Below are positions 9,892 to 20,202 of a stretch of 64,000 nucleotides of DNA, one piece after another; positions within the stretch are counted from its first letter, which is position 1, and the number at the start of each line of letters is the position of its first letter. A program made the position numbers and the translations under genes. The stretch is taken from NCBI GenBank assembly GCA_028689775.1, contig JAQVCM010000011.1, forward strand, positions 87,077 to 151,076. The letters run 5' to 3'. The notes under the pieces are model-generated. The model had not been told where the DNA came from. It searched no databases and saw only the letters and a list, made by a program, of their open reading frames with translations. The stretch is from Crocinitomicaceae bacterium. GTDB lineage: Bacteria > Bacteroidota > Bacteroidia > Flavobacteriales_D > Crocinitomicaceae.

Positions 9892-10611
9892 ATGAAAAAA
9901 ATCTCCATTCTACTGCTCTTCCTGTCGTTTGCAATTGTTTCTTTTGCAGCGAAAACGTACACCTTAACATTAACCGTCAAAGATAAAGTAACGTCAGATC
10001 CACTAGCTTTAACGTCTATTTTCTTACTTTCTACTGAAGGAAAGGTCTTACTCGGTAAAACAGATTTGCAAGGTAATATTGAGGTAGAAGGATTAACGAA
10101 AGAATCAATCACCTTATCGGTTGAAGCACAAAGTGAAATTTACGACGTGAATGAAGTTGTTTTGAGTAATACTAAGCTGAAGAACATCTCTGAAACCATT
10201 TTAATGCGATACACTTATAAAGAACAGATGAAGATTTATGACGCAATTGATGAAAAATATAATAATCCCGATGAAAAATACATTGACGGAATCAAGAAAC
10301 CAGATACTGTACGCATTGAAGATGCTGAATTTATAGGCGGTAAAACGGAACTGATGAAGTTTTTGGCGAAAAACATGACGTATCCCGAAGACTGCATTAC
10401 AAATGGGATTGAAGGAAAAGTGTACCTTTCCTTTTTCATTCAAAAAGACGGAAAAGTTACCCACGTGAAAGCGGTTAGAAAGGTACATCCGAGTCTAGAT
10501 TTGGAAGCCATACGCACCATGCGCAAATCGCCAAACTGGAAACCCGCTACACGCAACGGAGAACCTATTAAATCGGTTTTTTACATTCCTGTTAATTTCC
10601 GATTGAATTAA
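9892..10611 (+). CDS. TonB C-terminal-domain protein, secreted (tandem copy 3, diverged)
   Basis: Same architecture and TonB_C motif (YPEDCITNGIEGKVYLSFFIQKDGKVTHVKA). About 50-60% amino-acid identity to copies 1 and 2. Confidence 0.6.
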   Translation: MKKISILLLFLSFAIVSFAAKTYTLTLTVKDKVTSDPLALTSIFLLSTEGKVLLGKTDLQGNIEVEGLTKESITLSVEAQSEIYDVNEVVLSNTKLKNISETILMRYTYKEQMKIYDAIDEKYNNPDEKYIDGIKKPDTVRIEDAEFIGGKTELMKFLAKNMTYPEDCITNGIEGKVYLSFFIQKDGKVTHVKAVRKVHPSLDLEAIRTMRKSPNWKPATRNGEPIKSVFYIPVNFRLN

Positions 10612-10613
10612 AT

Positions 10614-11216
10614 ATGTCAATAGAAAACATTCCAGAAAGCTATTTGTCGAGCGCTAAAATCGTTCCTGATTTATTCGTCTATGATTTTAAAATGACCAAC
10701 GACGTTGTTAAAAGTAAGGTCAATTTGAGTATGAATATGTTTAGCTTTTTACAAGTTGCAAGAAAACAAGTTCACTTTGCTGGCACGTCGGTTGCGGTCA
10801 ATAAAGATCAGTCCTTGTTGCTGAAAAAAGGAAATTGGCTTTGGACAGAATTATTAGAAACCGAAGCGATTTACAACTGTAAACTCTTCTTCTTTTCAGA
10901 AAAGATCTTGAAAGATTTTTTGGAAAAACACGCGTCTAAAAAATCCGTTTCAAAAGATGATGTTCCCTATTTCATTATTGGAAACGATGCCTATATTATT
11001 TCCTATTTGAATTCCTTAACCAACATCAGTCAAGCGCCATCCGTTTTTATGGAGAATTTACTGGCCGTAAAATTCGAAGAATTGATGCTATACCTGATGA
11101 CTTTGAGAAGTTATCCTCTTGTATTATGCTTGAAATTCAGATTTACAAATAAAAACCAGTCTGTTTTTAGAAGGAGGTTTTACGAATTTAAAGAATTAAT
11201 TTTCGTAACTTTATAG
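10614..11216 (+). CDS. hypothetical protein resembling an AraC-family N-terminal effector domain without a recognisable HTH; may be a truncated regulator
   Basis: 200-aa ORF. The pattern is reminiscent of AraC/ExsA-like N-domains and it ends where an HTH would begin. Weak call. Confidence 0.3.
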   Translation: MSIENIPESYLSSAKIVPDLFVYDFKMTNDVVKSKVNLSMNMFSFLQVARKQVHFAGTSVAVNKDQSLLLKKGNWLWTELLETEAIYNCKLFFFSEKILKDFLEKHASKKSVSKDDVPYFIIGNDAYIISYLNSLTNISQAPSVFMENLLAVKFEELMLYLMTLRSYPLVLCLKFRFTNKNQSVFRRRFYEFKELIFVTL

Positions 11217-11317
11217 TCGGCGAAAACGGCGGATTATTTTGGTTTTAGATACCATTTAAACGAGGTTTAAAACGAATTTAAACTGCTTGATGCGGTTCAA
11301 TAAATCAAAACACAGAC

Positions 11318-12169
11318 ATGACAAAAAACGACGAAATTAAAGAAATGGTGAAGCAAAAATACAGTGAAATTGCTTTACAAGATCAAGATACAAACGCAGC
11401 TTCTTGTTGCGGTAGCGGACCTGTTAGCGAGTCAAACAAGCAAGAAGTTTACAACATCATGAGCGACGAATACGAACATTTGGAAGGTTATACACCAGAT
11501 GCCGATTTGAAATTAGGCTGTGGCTTGCCAACTGAATTTGCCAAAATAAAACCAGGTGATACGGTCGTTGATTTAGGAAGTGGCGCAGGAAATGATTGTT
11601 TTGTTGCGCGACACGAAACGGGAATTACAGGAAAAGTAATCGGAATCGATTTCACTGAAGCGATGGTTGAGAAAGCAAGAATCAATGCAGATAAAATGGG
11701 ATTCAACAATGTTGAGTTTCGATTGGGCGACATTGAAAATATTCCAATTGCAGAAAATGCAGCGGATGTTGTCGTAAGTAATTGTGTGATGAACTTAGTT
11801 CCAGACAAACCCAAAGCATTTGCAGAAGTTTTCCGCATCTTGAAAGCAGGTGGACATTTTAGTATTTCAGACATCGTGTTGACAGGAGATTTGCCAGAAA
11901 AAATCAAAACGGCTGCAGAAATGTATGCAGGTTGCGTGGCAAGTGCCATCTTGAAAGACGATTATTTAGGAATGATTGAAGGTGCTGGATTTAAAAACCT
12001 CGTCCTTCAAAAACAGAAACCAATCATCATTCCAAACGACATTTTGAAAGATTATCTCACGGAAGAAGAAATTACAAAGTACAACGAGCACAAAACCGTT
12101 ATTTATAGCATCACGGTTTATGGTGAGAAAGCAGGAACTTGTTGCGCACCGGCTTCAAATTGCTGTTGA
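11318..12169 (+). CDS. arsM: arsenite S-adenosylmethionine methyltransferase
   Basis: Class I SAM MTase core (VVDLGSGAGND) with the ArsM-characteristic N-terminal CCGSG and C-terminal GTCCAPASNCC cysteine clusters. Confidence 0.8.
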   Translation: MTKNDEIKEMVKQKYSEIALQDQDTNAASCCGSGPVSESNKQEVYNIMSDEYEHLEGYTPDADLKLGCGLPTEFAKIKPGDTVVDLGSGAGNDCFVARHETGITGKVIGIDFTEAMVEKARINADKMGFNNVEFRLGDIENIPIAENAADVVVSNCVMNLVPDKPKAFAEVFRILKAGGHFSISDIVLTGDLPEKIKTAAEMYAGCVASAILKDDYLGMIEGAGFKNLVLQKQKPIIIPNDILKDYLTEEEITKYNEHKTVIYSITVYGEKAGTCCAPASNCC

Positions 12170-12191
12170 GATATAACCAAGGTATTTTTCA

Positions 12192-13025
12192 ATGAACAAT
12201 CCTGTCAGTAATTCCTACAACAAAATCGCAACAATCATCGAGGCGATGCAAGGTGATTTGAAGAAATTTGATTTGCTGAATGTTGTTGAAAAAACAGGTC
12301 TGAGTTCGCAAGAAATTCAGCTGATTTTCAAAGATTGGGCTGGTGTTGGTGTTCGCGTTGAACAGTTTTGGGAATACATGCAAGTACCTCACTTGAAAGG
12401 AATTCTGAACAAGACACAAGCAACTTTATTTGATTCGTTGGATCACGGAGCGAAATTGGAAAATCCAAGAATTCATTCCTCTTTTGTTGAAATCATAGAA
12501 ATGTCCGCAGCAGATTTCAAAAATGGCGAAACACTTGCCATTGAATATCGTTTTTATCAATCCTTTTTTGGAGAAATATTAATCGCATCAACTGCTGTGG
12601 GCATTTGTTATATCGGTTTTTCAGACAATCAATTGGTAGCATTATCCGCATTGGAAAAACGTTTTCCAAAAGCGACCTTCGTTCAAAAAAGCAATGAAAT
12701 GCAGCAAAATGTTTTATTGACTTTCAGTGCTGATTGGAGGAAAATCAAGAAAATAAAATTGCATTTAACAGGAACAGATTTTCAAATCCAGGTCTGGAAA
12801 AAACTACTCCAAATCCCAACAGCTGATTTATCAACTTACGGAAATTTGTCCAAGCTAATCCAAAAACCCAAAGCTGCCAGAGCAGTTGGAACAGCGATTG
12901 GCAGTAATCCCATTGCATTTTTAATTCCTTGTCACCGCGTGATTCAAGGTTCTGGAAACTTAGGCGGATACATGTGGGGCAACACCCGAAAAGCCGCTTT
13001 GATTGCGTGGGAAGCATCGCACTAA
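12192..13025 (+). CDS. Ada-like methylated-DNA--protein-cysteine methyltransferase with an N-terminal AraC-type HTH
   Basis: PCHRV active-site motif (LIPCHRVIQ) and an MGMT N-domain. The N-terminal ~100 aa look like an AraC HTH half. Confidence 0.8.
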   Translation: MNNPVSNSYNKIATIIEAMQGDLKKFDLLNVVEKTGLSSQEIQLIFKDWAGVGVRVEQFWEYMQVPHLKGILNKTQATLFDSLDHGAKLENPRIHSSFVEIIEMSAADFKNGETLAIEYRFYQSFFGEILIASTAVGICYIGFSDNQLVALSALEKRFPKATFVQKSNEMQQNVLLTFSADWRKIKKIKLHLTGTDFQIQVWKKLLQIPTADLSTYGNLSKLIQKPKAARAVGTAIGSNPIAFLIPCHRVIQGSGNLGGYMWGNTRKAALIAWEASH

Positions 13026-13104
13026 TTCGCATCACTGATTCGTGCATCCATCAAAAGCATATTTTACTACCTTTGCTAAATTAATTTTTGCAACACTTTT
13101 TTAA

Positions 13105-13575
13105 ATGAACAACAACGACATTCTTAAAAGACTTCGATATACTTTAGATTTTAACGATACCCAAATGGTAGAATTATTTCAAGCAGCTCCCGCGCCAATC
13201 ACACGTGTTGAAGTGAGCAATTGGTTGAAAAAAGAAGAAGATGAAGAGTTTGCAGAATTATCAAACTTGATGTTGGATGTGTTTTTGAATGGTTTAATTG
13301 AACTCAAACGAGGCAAAAGAGAAGGCGTTGAAGTTGTTGCAAACGAACACCTGAGCAACAACGACATTTTGAAGAAAGTTAAAATTGCTTTGAACTTAAA
13401 ATCGACGGACATCATTGCGATTTTGGCAATTAAAGATCGTAAAATCAGCGAAACTGAATTGAGTGCTTTCTTGAGAAATGAGAACCACAATCACTTCAAA
13501 TCTTTTCAAGATCAATACTTGCGCAATTTCTTTAGTGGCTTACAACAAATAGTACGACCAAAGGAAAATAAATAA
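13105..13575 (+). CDS. DUF1456 (YehS-like) family protein
   Basis: Two copies of the NNDILKRLRY..LDFND / NNDILKKVKIALNLKSTD repeat, characteristic of DUF1456. Confidence 0.55.
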   Translation: MNNNDILKRLRYTLDFNDTQMVELFQAAPAPITRVEVSNWLKKEEDEEFAELSNLMLDVFLNGLIELKRGKREGVEVVANEHLSNNDILKKVKIALNLKSTDIIAILAIKDRKISETELSAFLRNENHNHFKSFQDQYLRNFFSGLQQIVRPKENK

Positions 13576-13714
13576 GCAAAAACTGGAATCATTTCAACTC
13601 AAAAAGTGATTATACTTCTTCATCGCTTGATTCAATCTCTTGATTCTGAATTGTAAATTGTATTAAATGTTTTTTAATTAAAACCCTTTTTTTCTACTTT
13701 TAAAAGAAAAAATC

Positions 13715-14362
13715 ATGGCAAGTAAAAAAGGAACATACGAAGATGTGTACATCAAACACAACGGCGACTTAAGAAGTTTGAAAGAAGATGTCACTGAATT
13801 TTGTGAAAAATACATCAAACCAGTTCATCCAAAAAACTGGGATTGGTCTGAACGCGATTTCGAAAATCCGAAGAACGATCCAACCATTGAGGAAGCTCGT
13901 GCGATTCGCGATGTGATATACAAAGACATGAATAGCAAAAAAGATATGGTTGTTGATTTGTCGACGATGAACAACATCGAAGCAATGAAAGCGTATTTGA
14001 ATCCAAAAAGTAAGCACGAAGCATTCAACATGGAAGAATTTGCTTTTTCATTGAAAGTAGAATTAGAACATGGGAAATTAAAGGCGGTAAATGTCACCAA
14101 CAATCACCCGTTTTTAACAGCGATGATCGCGATGGCGCACATGACGGAAAGTTTGACATATTACAAGCGTTTAGCAGTCATGGAGGCGGAAGGAGAAGTT
14201 TTTGAAATTATGCGCAAGCTCAAAAAAACAAAATCAGGAAAAGAAAAATTACACGAAATGCTCATCGAAACGGAAGAAGAATTGATGGAAGCACGAAAAG
14301 GTTTGCAAGAACGTTTGGATAAAATGGATGATATACCAGCTTTGGAACAGATTGGAGATTGA
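13715..14362 (+). CDS. hypothetical cytoplasmic protein
   Basis: 215-aa ORF with no signal peptide and no recognised motif. Confidence 0.4.
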   Translation: MASKKGTYEDVYIKHNGDLRSLKEDVTEFCEKYIKPVHPKNWDWSERDFENPKNDPTIEEARAIRDVIYKDMNSKKDMVVDLSTMNNIEAMKAYLNPKSKHEAFNMEEFAFSLKVELEHGKLKAVNVTNNHPFLTAMIAMAHMTESLTYYKRLAVMEAEGEVFEIMRKLKKTKSGKEKLHEMLIETEEELMEARKGLQERLDKMDDIPALEQIGD

Positions 14363-14458
14363 TCCATTTGGCGGGAATCCAAACGAACGATTGATTCAGT
14401 TAGCTTGAGAAAAATCTTTATATTTGAAATTCAAATGTCTTCAATTTAACCATATAAA

Positions 14459-14911
14459 ATGATTAAACATTCACTTCTTTTGATTTTATGGAGTTCCTTA
14501 GGAATGTATTCTCCCTCACCTCAAATACTTAAAAAACAAACGAATGACAAATTAGATCTTTCTATTTTAGTCACAAATATAAAAGTTAAAAAAGGGTCGA
14601 TTGTGGTTGGTATTTATGATAATCCGAAAGACTATTTGAAAAAAGGAAAAGCTGCGAGGTTATCCAATCACATCGTTTCTGGAAAACAGCTTGAAATCAA
14701 ACTTAAAAGCATTCCAAAAGGTACGTATGCCATTTCCATTTTCCAGGATTTAAATGCTGACAATAATCTCAACACCAATGCAATCGGAATTCCGATTGAA
14801 CCTTACGGTTTTTCAAATGGATTTAATCGCAAGTGGTCGCAGCCAACTTTTGATCAATGTAAGTTTGAATTCAAGGAGAATAAATCGATCCTCGTGGAAT
14901 TAATTCATTGA
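14459..14911 (+). CDS. DUF2141 family protein
   Basis: Signal peptide and the DUF2141-typical VGIYDNPKDY...GTYAISIFQD core. Confidence 0.55.
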   Translation: MIKHSLLLILWSSLGMYSPSPQILKKQTNDKLDLSILVTNIKVKKGSIVVGIYDNPKDYLKKGKAARLSNHIVSGKQLEIKLKSIPKGTYAISIFQDLNADNNLNTNAIGIPIEPYGFSNGFNRKWSQPTFDQCKFEFKENKSILVELIH

Positions 14912-14984
14912 ATGATTTTTTGGATGCAATTTTTCTCTTTTTCTTCCGTTGTAAATTGCTAATCGAAAAGGCAAGTCGCTACCT

Positions 14985-16325
14985 ATGAAAAACTTGAAAA
15001 ACAACATCTACTTCAAAATCGGAACCATTCTGCTTATCATCTTGTTATTGATGATTCCAACGTCATCGATTAGAGGTTTAATCTACGAAAGAGAAAACAC
15101 ACAAGAAGAAGCAATTCACGAAGTAAGTTCAAAATGGGGAGAAGCGCAAACCATTTCAGGTCCATTCATTTCGATTCCTTATTATCGGTATCATAAAGAA
15201 TATTCGAAAAAGGATTCTACGGAAAAAATCATTCAATTCAAGGAATATATTCACATTTTACCTTCCCAATTAGACATTCAAGGAAGCATTAATCCCGAAA
15301 AAAGATATCGAGGAATTTATGAAATCGTTGTTTACAACTCTCAATTAAACATTTCTGGAACTTTCAATAAATTCGACATCGGCACGCTGGATATTCAGCA
15401 AAAAAACATCTTGTTTGACAAAGCCGAATTCGTTGTTGGAATCAATGATTTACGTGGAATTGAAGAACAAATTAAACTGACTTGGGGAACTGAAAAAGTT
15501 TCATTTAATCCCGGTGTTTCGTCCAATGACGTGGTTGGAACTGGAATCAATGCCTTGCTGAAACTGGATCCAACTGACAGTACGAAATATACTTTCAACC
15601 TGAGTATTCACTTGAAAGGAAGTCAACAGTTGTATTTTACGCCAGTAGGAAAAATCACCGATATCAACATTAGCTCTGAATGGCCAAATCCAAGTTTCAA
15701 CGGTGCTTTTTTACCAGACCACAGAAACATCAGCGAAAAAGGATTCAAAGCCAATTGGAATGTCTTGCATTTAAACCGAAATTTTCCACAAATTTGGATT
15801 GGCGATCAGCATTCGATTCAAGAATCTGCTTTCGGAATTGACTTGCTTTTACCGGTTGATAATTATCAAAAATCATATCGTTCCATAAAATACGCGATCT
15901 TGTTTATCGTCTTCACGTTCTTAGTATTTTTCTTCATCGAAATCCTGAATAAAGTTTTCATTCACCCAATTCAATACATCCTTGTTGGTGTTGCACTCAT
16001 CGTGTTTTATACGCTCCTACTTTCGATCTCAGAACACTTACAGTATAATTTAGCCTTCATCGTATCCGCACTTGCCACACTGATTCTGATTGCCGGTTAT
16101 GTGCGTGCGATTTTAAGTTCGGCAAAACTGATGTGGTTGATCACGGGGATTTTAACAGTTCTCTATTCATTCATTTTTGTAATTATTCAACTGCAAGATT
16201 ACGCCTTGTTAATTGGTAGCATTGGAATCTTTATCATTCTCGGATTGGTGATGTACTTCTCCCGAAAAATCAATTGGTATGACTTGAATTTGGGTGAGAA
16301 AAACGACGAGATGAAAATGGATTAA
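14985..16325 (+). CDS. creD: cell envelope integrity protein CreD
   Basis: N-terminal TM followed by a large periplasmic domain and a C-terminal cluster of TM helices. The IRGLIYEREN...AIHEVSSKWG..QTI.GP N-terminal motif is typical of CreD. Confidence 0.75.
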   Translation: MKNLKNNIYFKIGTILLIILLLMIPTSSIRGLIYERENTQEEAIHEVSSKWGEAQTISGPFISIPYYRYHKEYSKKDSTEKIIQFKEYIHILPSQLDIQGSINPEKRYRGIYEIVVYNSQLNISGTFNKFDIGTLDIQQKNILFDKAEFVVGINDLRGIEEQIKLTWGTEKVSFNPGVSSNDVVGTGINALLKLDPTDSTKYTFNLSIHLKGSQQLYFTPVGKITDINISSEWPNPSFNGAFLPDHRNISEKGFKANWNVLHLNRNFPQIWIGDQHSIQESAFGIDLLLPVDNYQKSYRSIKYAILFIVFTFLVFFFIEILNKVFIHPIQYILVGVALIVFYTLLLSISEHLQYNLAFIVSALATLILIAGYVRAILSSAKLMWLITGILTVLYSFIFVIIQLQDYALLIGSIGIFIILGLVMYFSRKINWYDLNLGEKNDEMKMD

Positions 16326-16527
16326 ACTGCTGTTAATGAAGCAATAAAATACTGATTTTACGATTGAATTTTGAAATATTCAATCGTAATTTAAATGAAT
16401 TTTATCGGATAATTAGGATTGAAAAATGCACTGAGAATGGATGGTGATTGATACATAAAACAGAAATCCTTCCAATAAATTATTATATTCGTACTCCAAA
16501 TAATCGATATCAAAAAGTCCTATTGAA

Positions 16528-16938
16528 ATGAAAGTTATAAAAAAAACCGTAAAAAAAGCTAAAAACATACTATATATCAGCAGTTTAATCATCATCTCAT
16601 CCGCTTGTAAAAAGGACAAAATGATTGATAAAAACAAAGAAATGACTGGAACTTGGAACTCCATTCACACCACTGCAAATTGCGGTGTGAACATCGGAAC
16701 TCCTGTAAACCCAGAATTGAAATTGATCATTGCTGAAAAAGGATATTACCGTTTGTACCAAAAAGATAAGAAAATTGAAAAAGGAAGAATGCTTATTCAA
16801 AACGGGTTGGTAACCTTCAATTGTTCTGAAAACAAAAGTGAACTGGATGGAAAAATTGTCATCAAATTCAACGCGGACTCTTTAAACATTGATCGCAACA
16901 TCTGCAACGATGATTATTACATGCGTTTTGTTAGATAA
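16528..16938 (+). CDS. hypothetical lipoprotein
   Basis: Signal peptide with lipobox ISSAC. Confidence 0.4.
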   Translation: MKVIKKTVKKAKNILYISSLIIISSACKKDKMIDKNKEMTGTWNSIHTTANCGVNIGTPVNPELKLIIAEKGYYRLYQKDKKIEKGRMLIQNGLVTFNCSENKSELDGKIVIKFNADSLNIDRNICNDDYYMRFVR

Positions 16939-16948
16939 AATTTAAAAA

Positions 16949-17380
16949 ATGAAAATAAAACACAAGTCTAAAATCTCCTTTGCTTTACTGGCAATCATCA
17001 TCATACTTTTGATTGCTCCAATTGTTCCAATCATTTTGAATGGTAAAATGGACAAAGACATTGCTTTGAAACTGCTCTTGATGGCAGCGATATTGGTATT
17101 TATTTTACACGTGTTTTTACAAACTTCGTATACGATTGATGGCGGAAAATTAAAAATTAAAAGTGGTATATTTCCGTATCGTCCCATTGAAATTTCAGAG
17201 ATCAGAGAGATCACAAAGACAAGAAGTTTGTGGTCCTCTCCTGCTCCATCGTTTGATCGAATCATCGTAAAATACGGGAAAAGTCAAAGCATCATCCTTT
17301 CACCAAAGGACAAAGTCGCCTTCGCAAAAGATTTGTGCAATATCAATCCAAAAATTGTGAATTTGGTTTTGGAGGATTGA
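16949..17380 (+). CDS. membrane-anchored PH-domain-like protein
   Basis: Two TM helices followed by a bPH-like C-terminal domain. Confidence 0.4.
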   Translation: MKIKHKSKISFALLAIIIILLIAPIVPIILNGKMDKDIALKLLLMAAILVFILHVFLQTSYTIDGGKLKIKSGIFPYRPIEISEIREITKTRSLWSSPAPSFDRIIVKYGKSQSIILSPKDKVAFAKDLCNINPKIVNLVLED

Positions 17381-17418
17381 AATCTGAGCGAATTGATGAT
17401 GAATTTAAACGCTTCTAA

Positions 17419-18108
17419 ATGATCACACTCTCAACTAGAAAAGAAATTGTAAAATCTAAAAAGTTTATCAGTTCTGAACTCACGAAACTTCAAAAAGCAA
17501 TCTACGACGATGAAATCTTTGAAGATGATAAGGAAGATAATGAAGAGCATATTTACGTAGAAATGTACGACGTGATGCATGATGAAGTTCTGAAATATCG
17601 AACATACAACACCATAATTGGACTAAATCATTCCAACATCAACACGTTTACGACCACACTTTCAATCAAATTAACAGAACTCTTCAATGCGATAAACGCA
17701 AGCGAGTTCATTTTGATTTCTCATCTTAAAATGGACTTCTTTGGCAATCGAAAAAACAAATTCAAACCTTTGATGAATGCCTATCAAGCGTTGGAGAAAA
17801 TTACTGGTCAAAAGACGTATGAAGAAGCATTTATTTTTGATCTAACGAGTTTGCCAAACATGATGCAAATCCTTTTCTGGATAACGAGATGTGATGCAAG
17901 CGTTCCAGAATATATTTTTATGTTTGACCAAGAAGAGAAAATTCAAATCTCACTTTGTAAGTATGGAAATATTCACCTTACTCAATTTGACACAGAAGTA
18001 TTGTCCGCGAAAAAATTAACGGATTTGGGTTGGACAATTATCGAGGATGAACTTGACAACTTTAGCCAAGCGGGAGCGATAGAAGGTCGACAATTGAAAA
18101 TGGAATGA
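17419..18108 (+). CDS. hypothetical cytoplasmic protein
   Basis: 229-aa ORF with no recognised motif. Confidence 0.35.
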   Translation: MITLSTRKEIVKSKKFISSELTKLQKAIYDDEIFEDDKEDNEEHIYVEMYDVMHDEVLKYRTYNTIIGLNHSNINTFTTTLSIKLTELFNAINASEFILISHLKMDFFGNRKNKFKPLMNAYQALEKITGQKTYEEAFIFDLTSLPNMMQILFWITRCDASVPEYIFMFDQEEKIQISLCKYGNIHLTQFDTEVLSAKKLTDLGWTIIEDELDNFSQAGAIEGRQLKME

Positions 18109-18222
18109 ATAAAAGGACGACAATACTACTTTCAAAAATAATCAAGATAACCTATGTTAACATAAAAAATCATTACTGTCTGATGAAAAAGATCGTAGTT
18201 TAATTTCCTATCAAGCAAGAAA

Positions 18223-18909
18223 ATGCATCATAAAAAGAAGATAATCAAACGAATCTATTATCCAACAGGACTAATAAGTTTGATATTTCTTCCATTATTA
18301 TGTATTTTGTTTATCAACAAAAATGAACCTTTTAAAGAATACAGAATCATTTCAGCTACATTTGTGACCAATAACAAAAGCTTAGATTTTGCATTTGTGC
18401 CTGCTGAAATTACTTCTAAAAGAGATTTTACTTATTTCACTTTAACAGGAAATGAAAAGGAGGACCAACTGAAAGTTAAACAAGCACGGATCAAAATTCG
18501 CGAATTAGTTCGTTCACAAGATACGACACTTGGTGTATGTTTTAGATTCAACGACCTCGCTAAATTTTGGACATTCGTTAAAGCGATCGAAATTTGTAGA
18601 ACTGAAAATGCGAAACTCTTTGTTCCGTATGAAAATGACATCTGGATTTACAATCTTGCTCCCAAAAAACAAAAAGTAGCAGATGAGTGGGTCTTTGGAT
18701 GCAATATTATACCAGCGACTAATTGCACCGCTGGATTGACTTCGTATCTTCAAGAACAAAAAGATTTAAAGAGGCAAGAAAATATCAACGAGACGAAAGG
18801 ATTAATTAAAAAGTATTCTGTTTCGATTCTACTATTTTTAGGGATGGTTTTTCTCACTGTGAAAAAAGCAAACAAAAAGAAATACAAACATTCAATCAAA
18901 AGACTATGA
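18223..18909 (+). CDS. hypothetical membrane protein
   Basis: N-terminal and C-terminal TM segments. 228 aa. Confidence 0.35.
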   Translation: MHHKKKIIKRIYYPTGLISLIFLPLLCILFINKNEPFKEYRIISATFVTNNKSLDFAFVPAEITSKRDFTYFTLTGNEKEDQLKVKQARIKIRELVRSQDTTLGVCFRFNDLAKFWTFVKAIEICRTENAKLFVPYENDIWIYNLAPKKQKVADEWVFGCNIIPATNCTAGLTSYLQEQKDLKRQENINETKGLIKKYSVSILLFLGMVFLTVKKANKKKYKHSIKRL

Positions 18910-19628
18910 AAATCAGAAAATTAATTACTGTGATTCTAATTTTAATCAACACCAACTCATTCGCTCAATATGCAAACTTTGAGTACAATACCGAACTTTG
19001 TGAGTGCATTGCTAAATTTGACTCGACAAAATATTCGCGCCAGGAACTGCAAAACACCATTGATTATCTATGGAATTCAAACTACATCAGTACCAATTCA
19101 ACGCCCCGAAAACTAGAAGATATTGAAAAATTAAATGTTACTGATCTTCGAAAAGAATGTGATGAAAAAATCAACACGTTAAAGTCACTTAAAATCGTAA
19201 ACGAACCATTTTGGACCAAGCTTTTAGCAGAACAAATCGCTTTTTATGAGAGCACTTGTCGCTTGAAAGAATTTACGATTTTAGCATACGCCAATCCTAA
19301 AATACTACTAACTTATGAACTTGTTGACAGCACGTGTATCTATTACAGAGACGCACTGATTGCTGGCGGAGATCAACTCATCAAAGCTTGGTATGCATTG
19401 CATGAAAAACAAAAAAGCAACAACGGAAGTCCAGAAAACTTACAGCGTCGATTTGACAATAAATACTATTCTGATCATCGATTAGAATATGCCAGAATGG
19501 AAGTCATGAGCTTTGGTTGGTGGAACAGTGCCAATCATTTGTTGCCTCACATCAATACGTATTACGATTACAATGAAGAATTTGAAAAATTATTGATTGA
19601 TATAGAATGCGATTGCGATGAACCTTGA
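18906..19628 (+). CDS. secreted hypothetical protein
   Basis: Signal peptide ending FAQ. Overlaps the upstream stop by 4 nt. Confidence 0.35.
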   Translation: MKIRKLITVILILINTNSFAQYANFEYNTELCECIAKFDSTKYSRQELQNTIDYLWNSNYISTNSTPRKLEDIEKLNVTDLRKECDEKINTLKSLKIVNEPFWTKLLAEQIAFYESTCRLKEFTILAYANPKILLTYELVDSTCIYYRDALIAGGDQLIKAWYALHEKQKSNNGSPENLQRRFDNKYYSDHRLEYARMEVMSFGWWNSANHLLPHINTYYDYNEEFEKLLIDIECDCDEP

Positions 19629-19673
19629 TCCGATAGCTTTCGCGTGGTTGCTCGTGAAATTTTTCAAAATTAA

Positions 19674-20192
19674 TTGCGTTGTTCTAAACTAATCATTTAC
19701 CTATCAACAATGAAAACACAACATTTCATCTTATTCTTGTTTGCATTTCTGATTGGAAGTTGTTCTTCCAACGTGGAGCAAAAACCGCTTGAAGAAAAAC
19801 AAATAGAAAATCCTTGGAAATGGTTGAAAATTAAAGTCGATCAAGAGTTAATCTGGATTCCGGCAACTGAAGATACGTGCTTTTATCGTAAAAAATTCGA
19901 TGAAATTGAAATTTCAAAAGAAGGAGAAAAAAAGCAAAAAATCATCAGCGACCGTTTTGTGTTGAATCAACAACAGCGAGATTCTCTTTTTTTATTGGGA
20001 CAAGACGCGGTTAAAAATTTCGTGGAATCAGATCATTTCGTAACTTGTTATGCTGGTCAATATGTAACGATCACTTTGGAAGGTTATTCGGGTTCCATAT
20101 CTTGTGGATATAACTCTATTTCAGATTGGTCAAAAGTTTCAAAAACACTTTCAAAAATTTCAAAATTGACTTTTGAAAAAGTAAAAAAATAA
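19674..20192 (+). CDS. hypothetical lipoprotein
   Basis: Signal peptide with lipobox IGSCSS. Confidence 0.35.
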   Translation: MRCSKLIIYLSTMKTQHFILFLFAFLIGSCSSNVEQKPLEEKQIENPWKWLKIKVDQELIWIPATEDTCFYRKKFDEIEISKEGEKKQKIISDRFVLNQQQRDSLFLLGQDAVKNFVESDHFVTCYAGQYVTITLEGYSGSISCGYNSISDWSKVSKTLSKISKLTFEKVKK

Positions 20193-20202
20193 AAAGCTAA
20201 AA

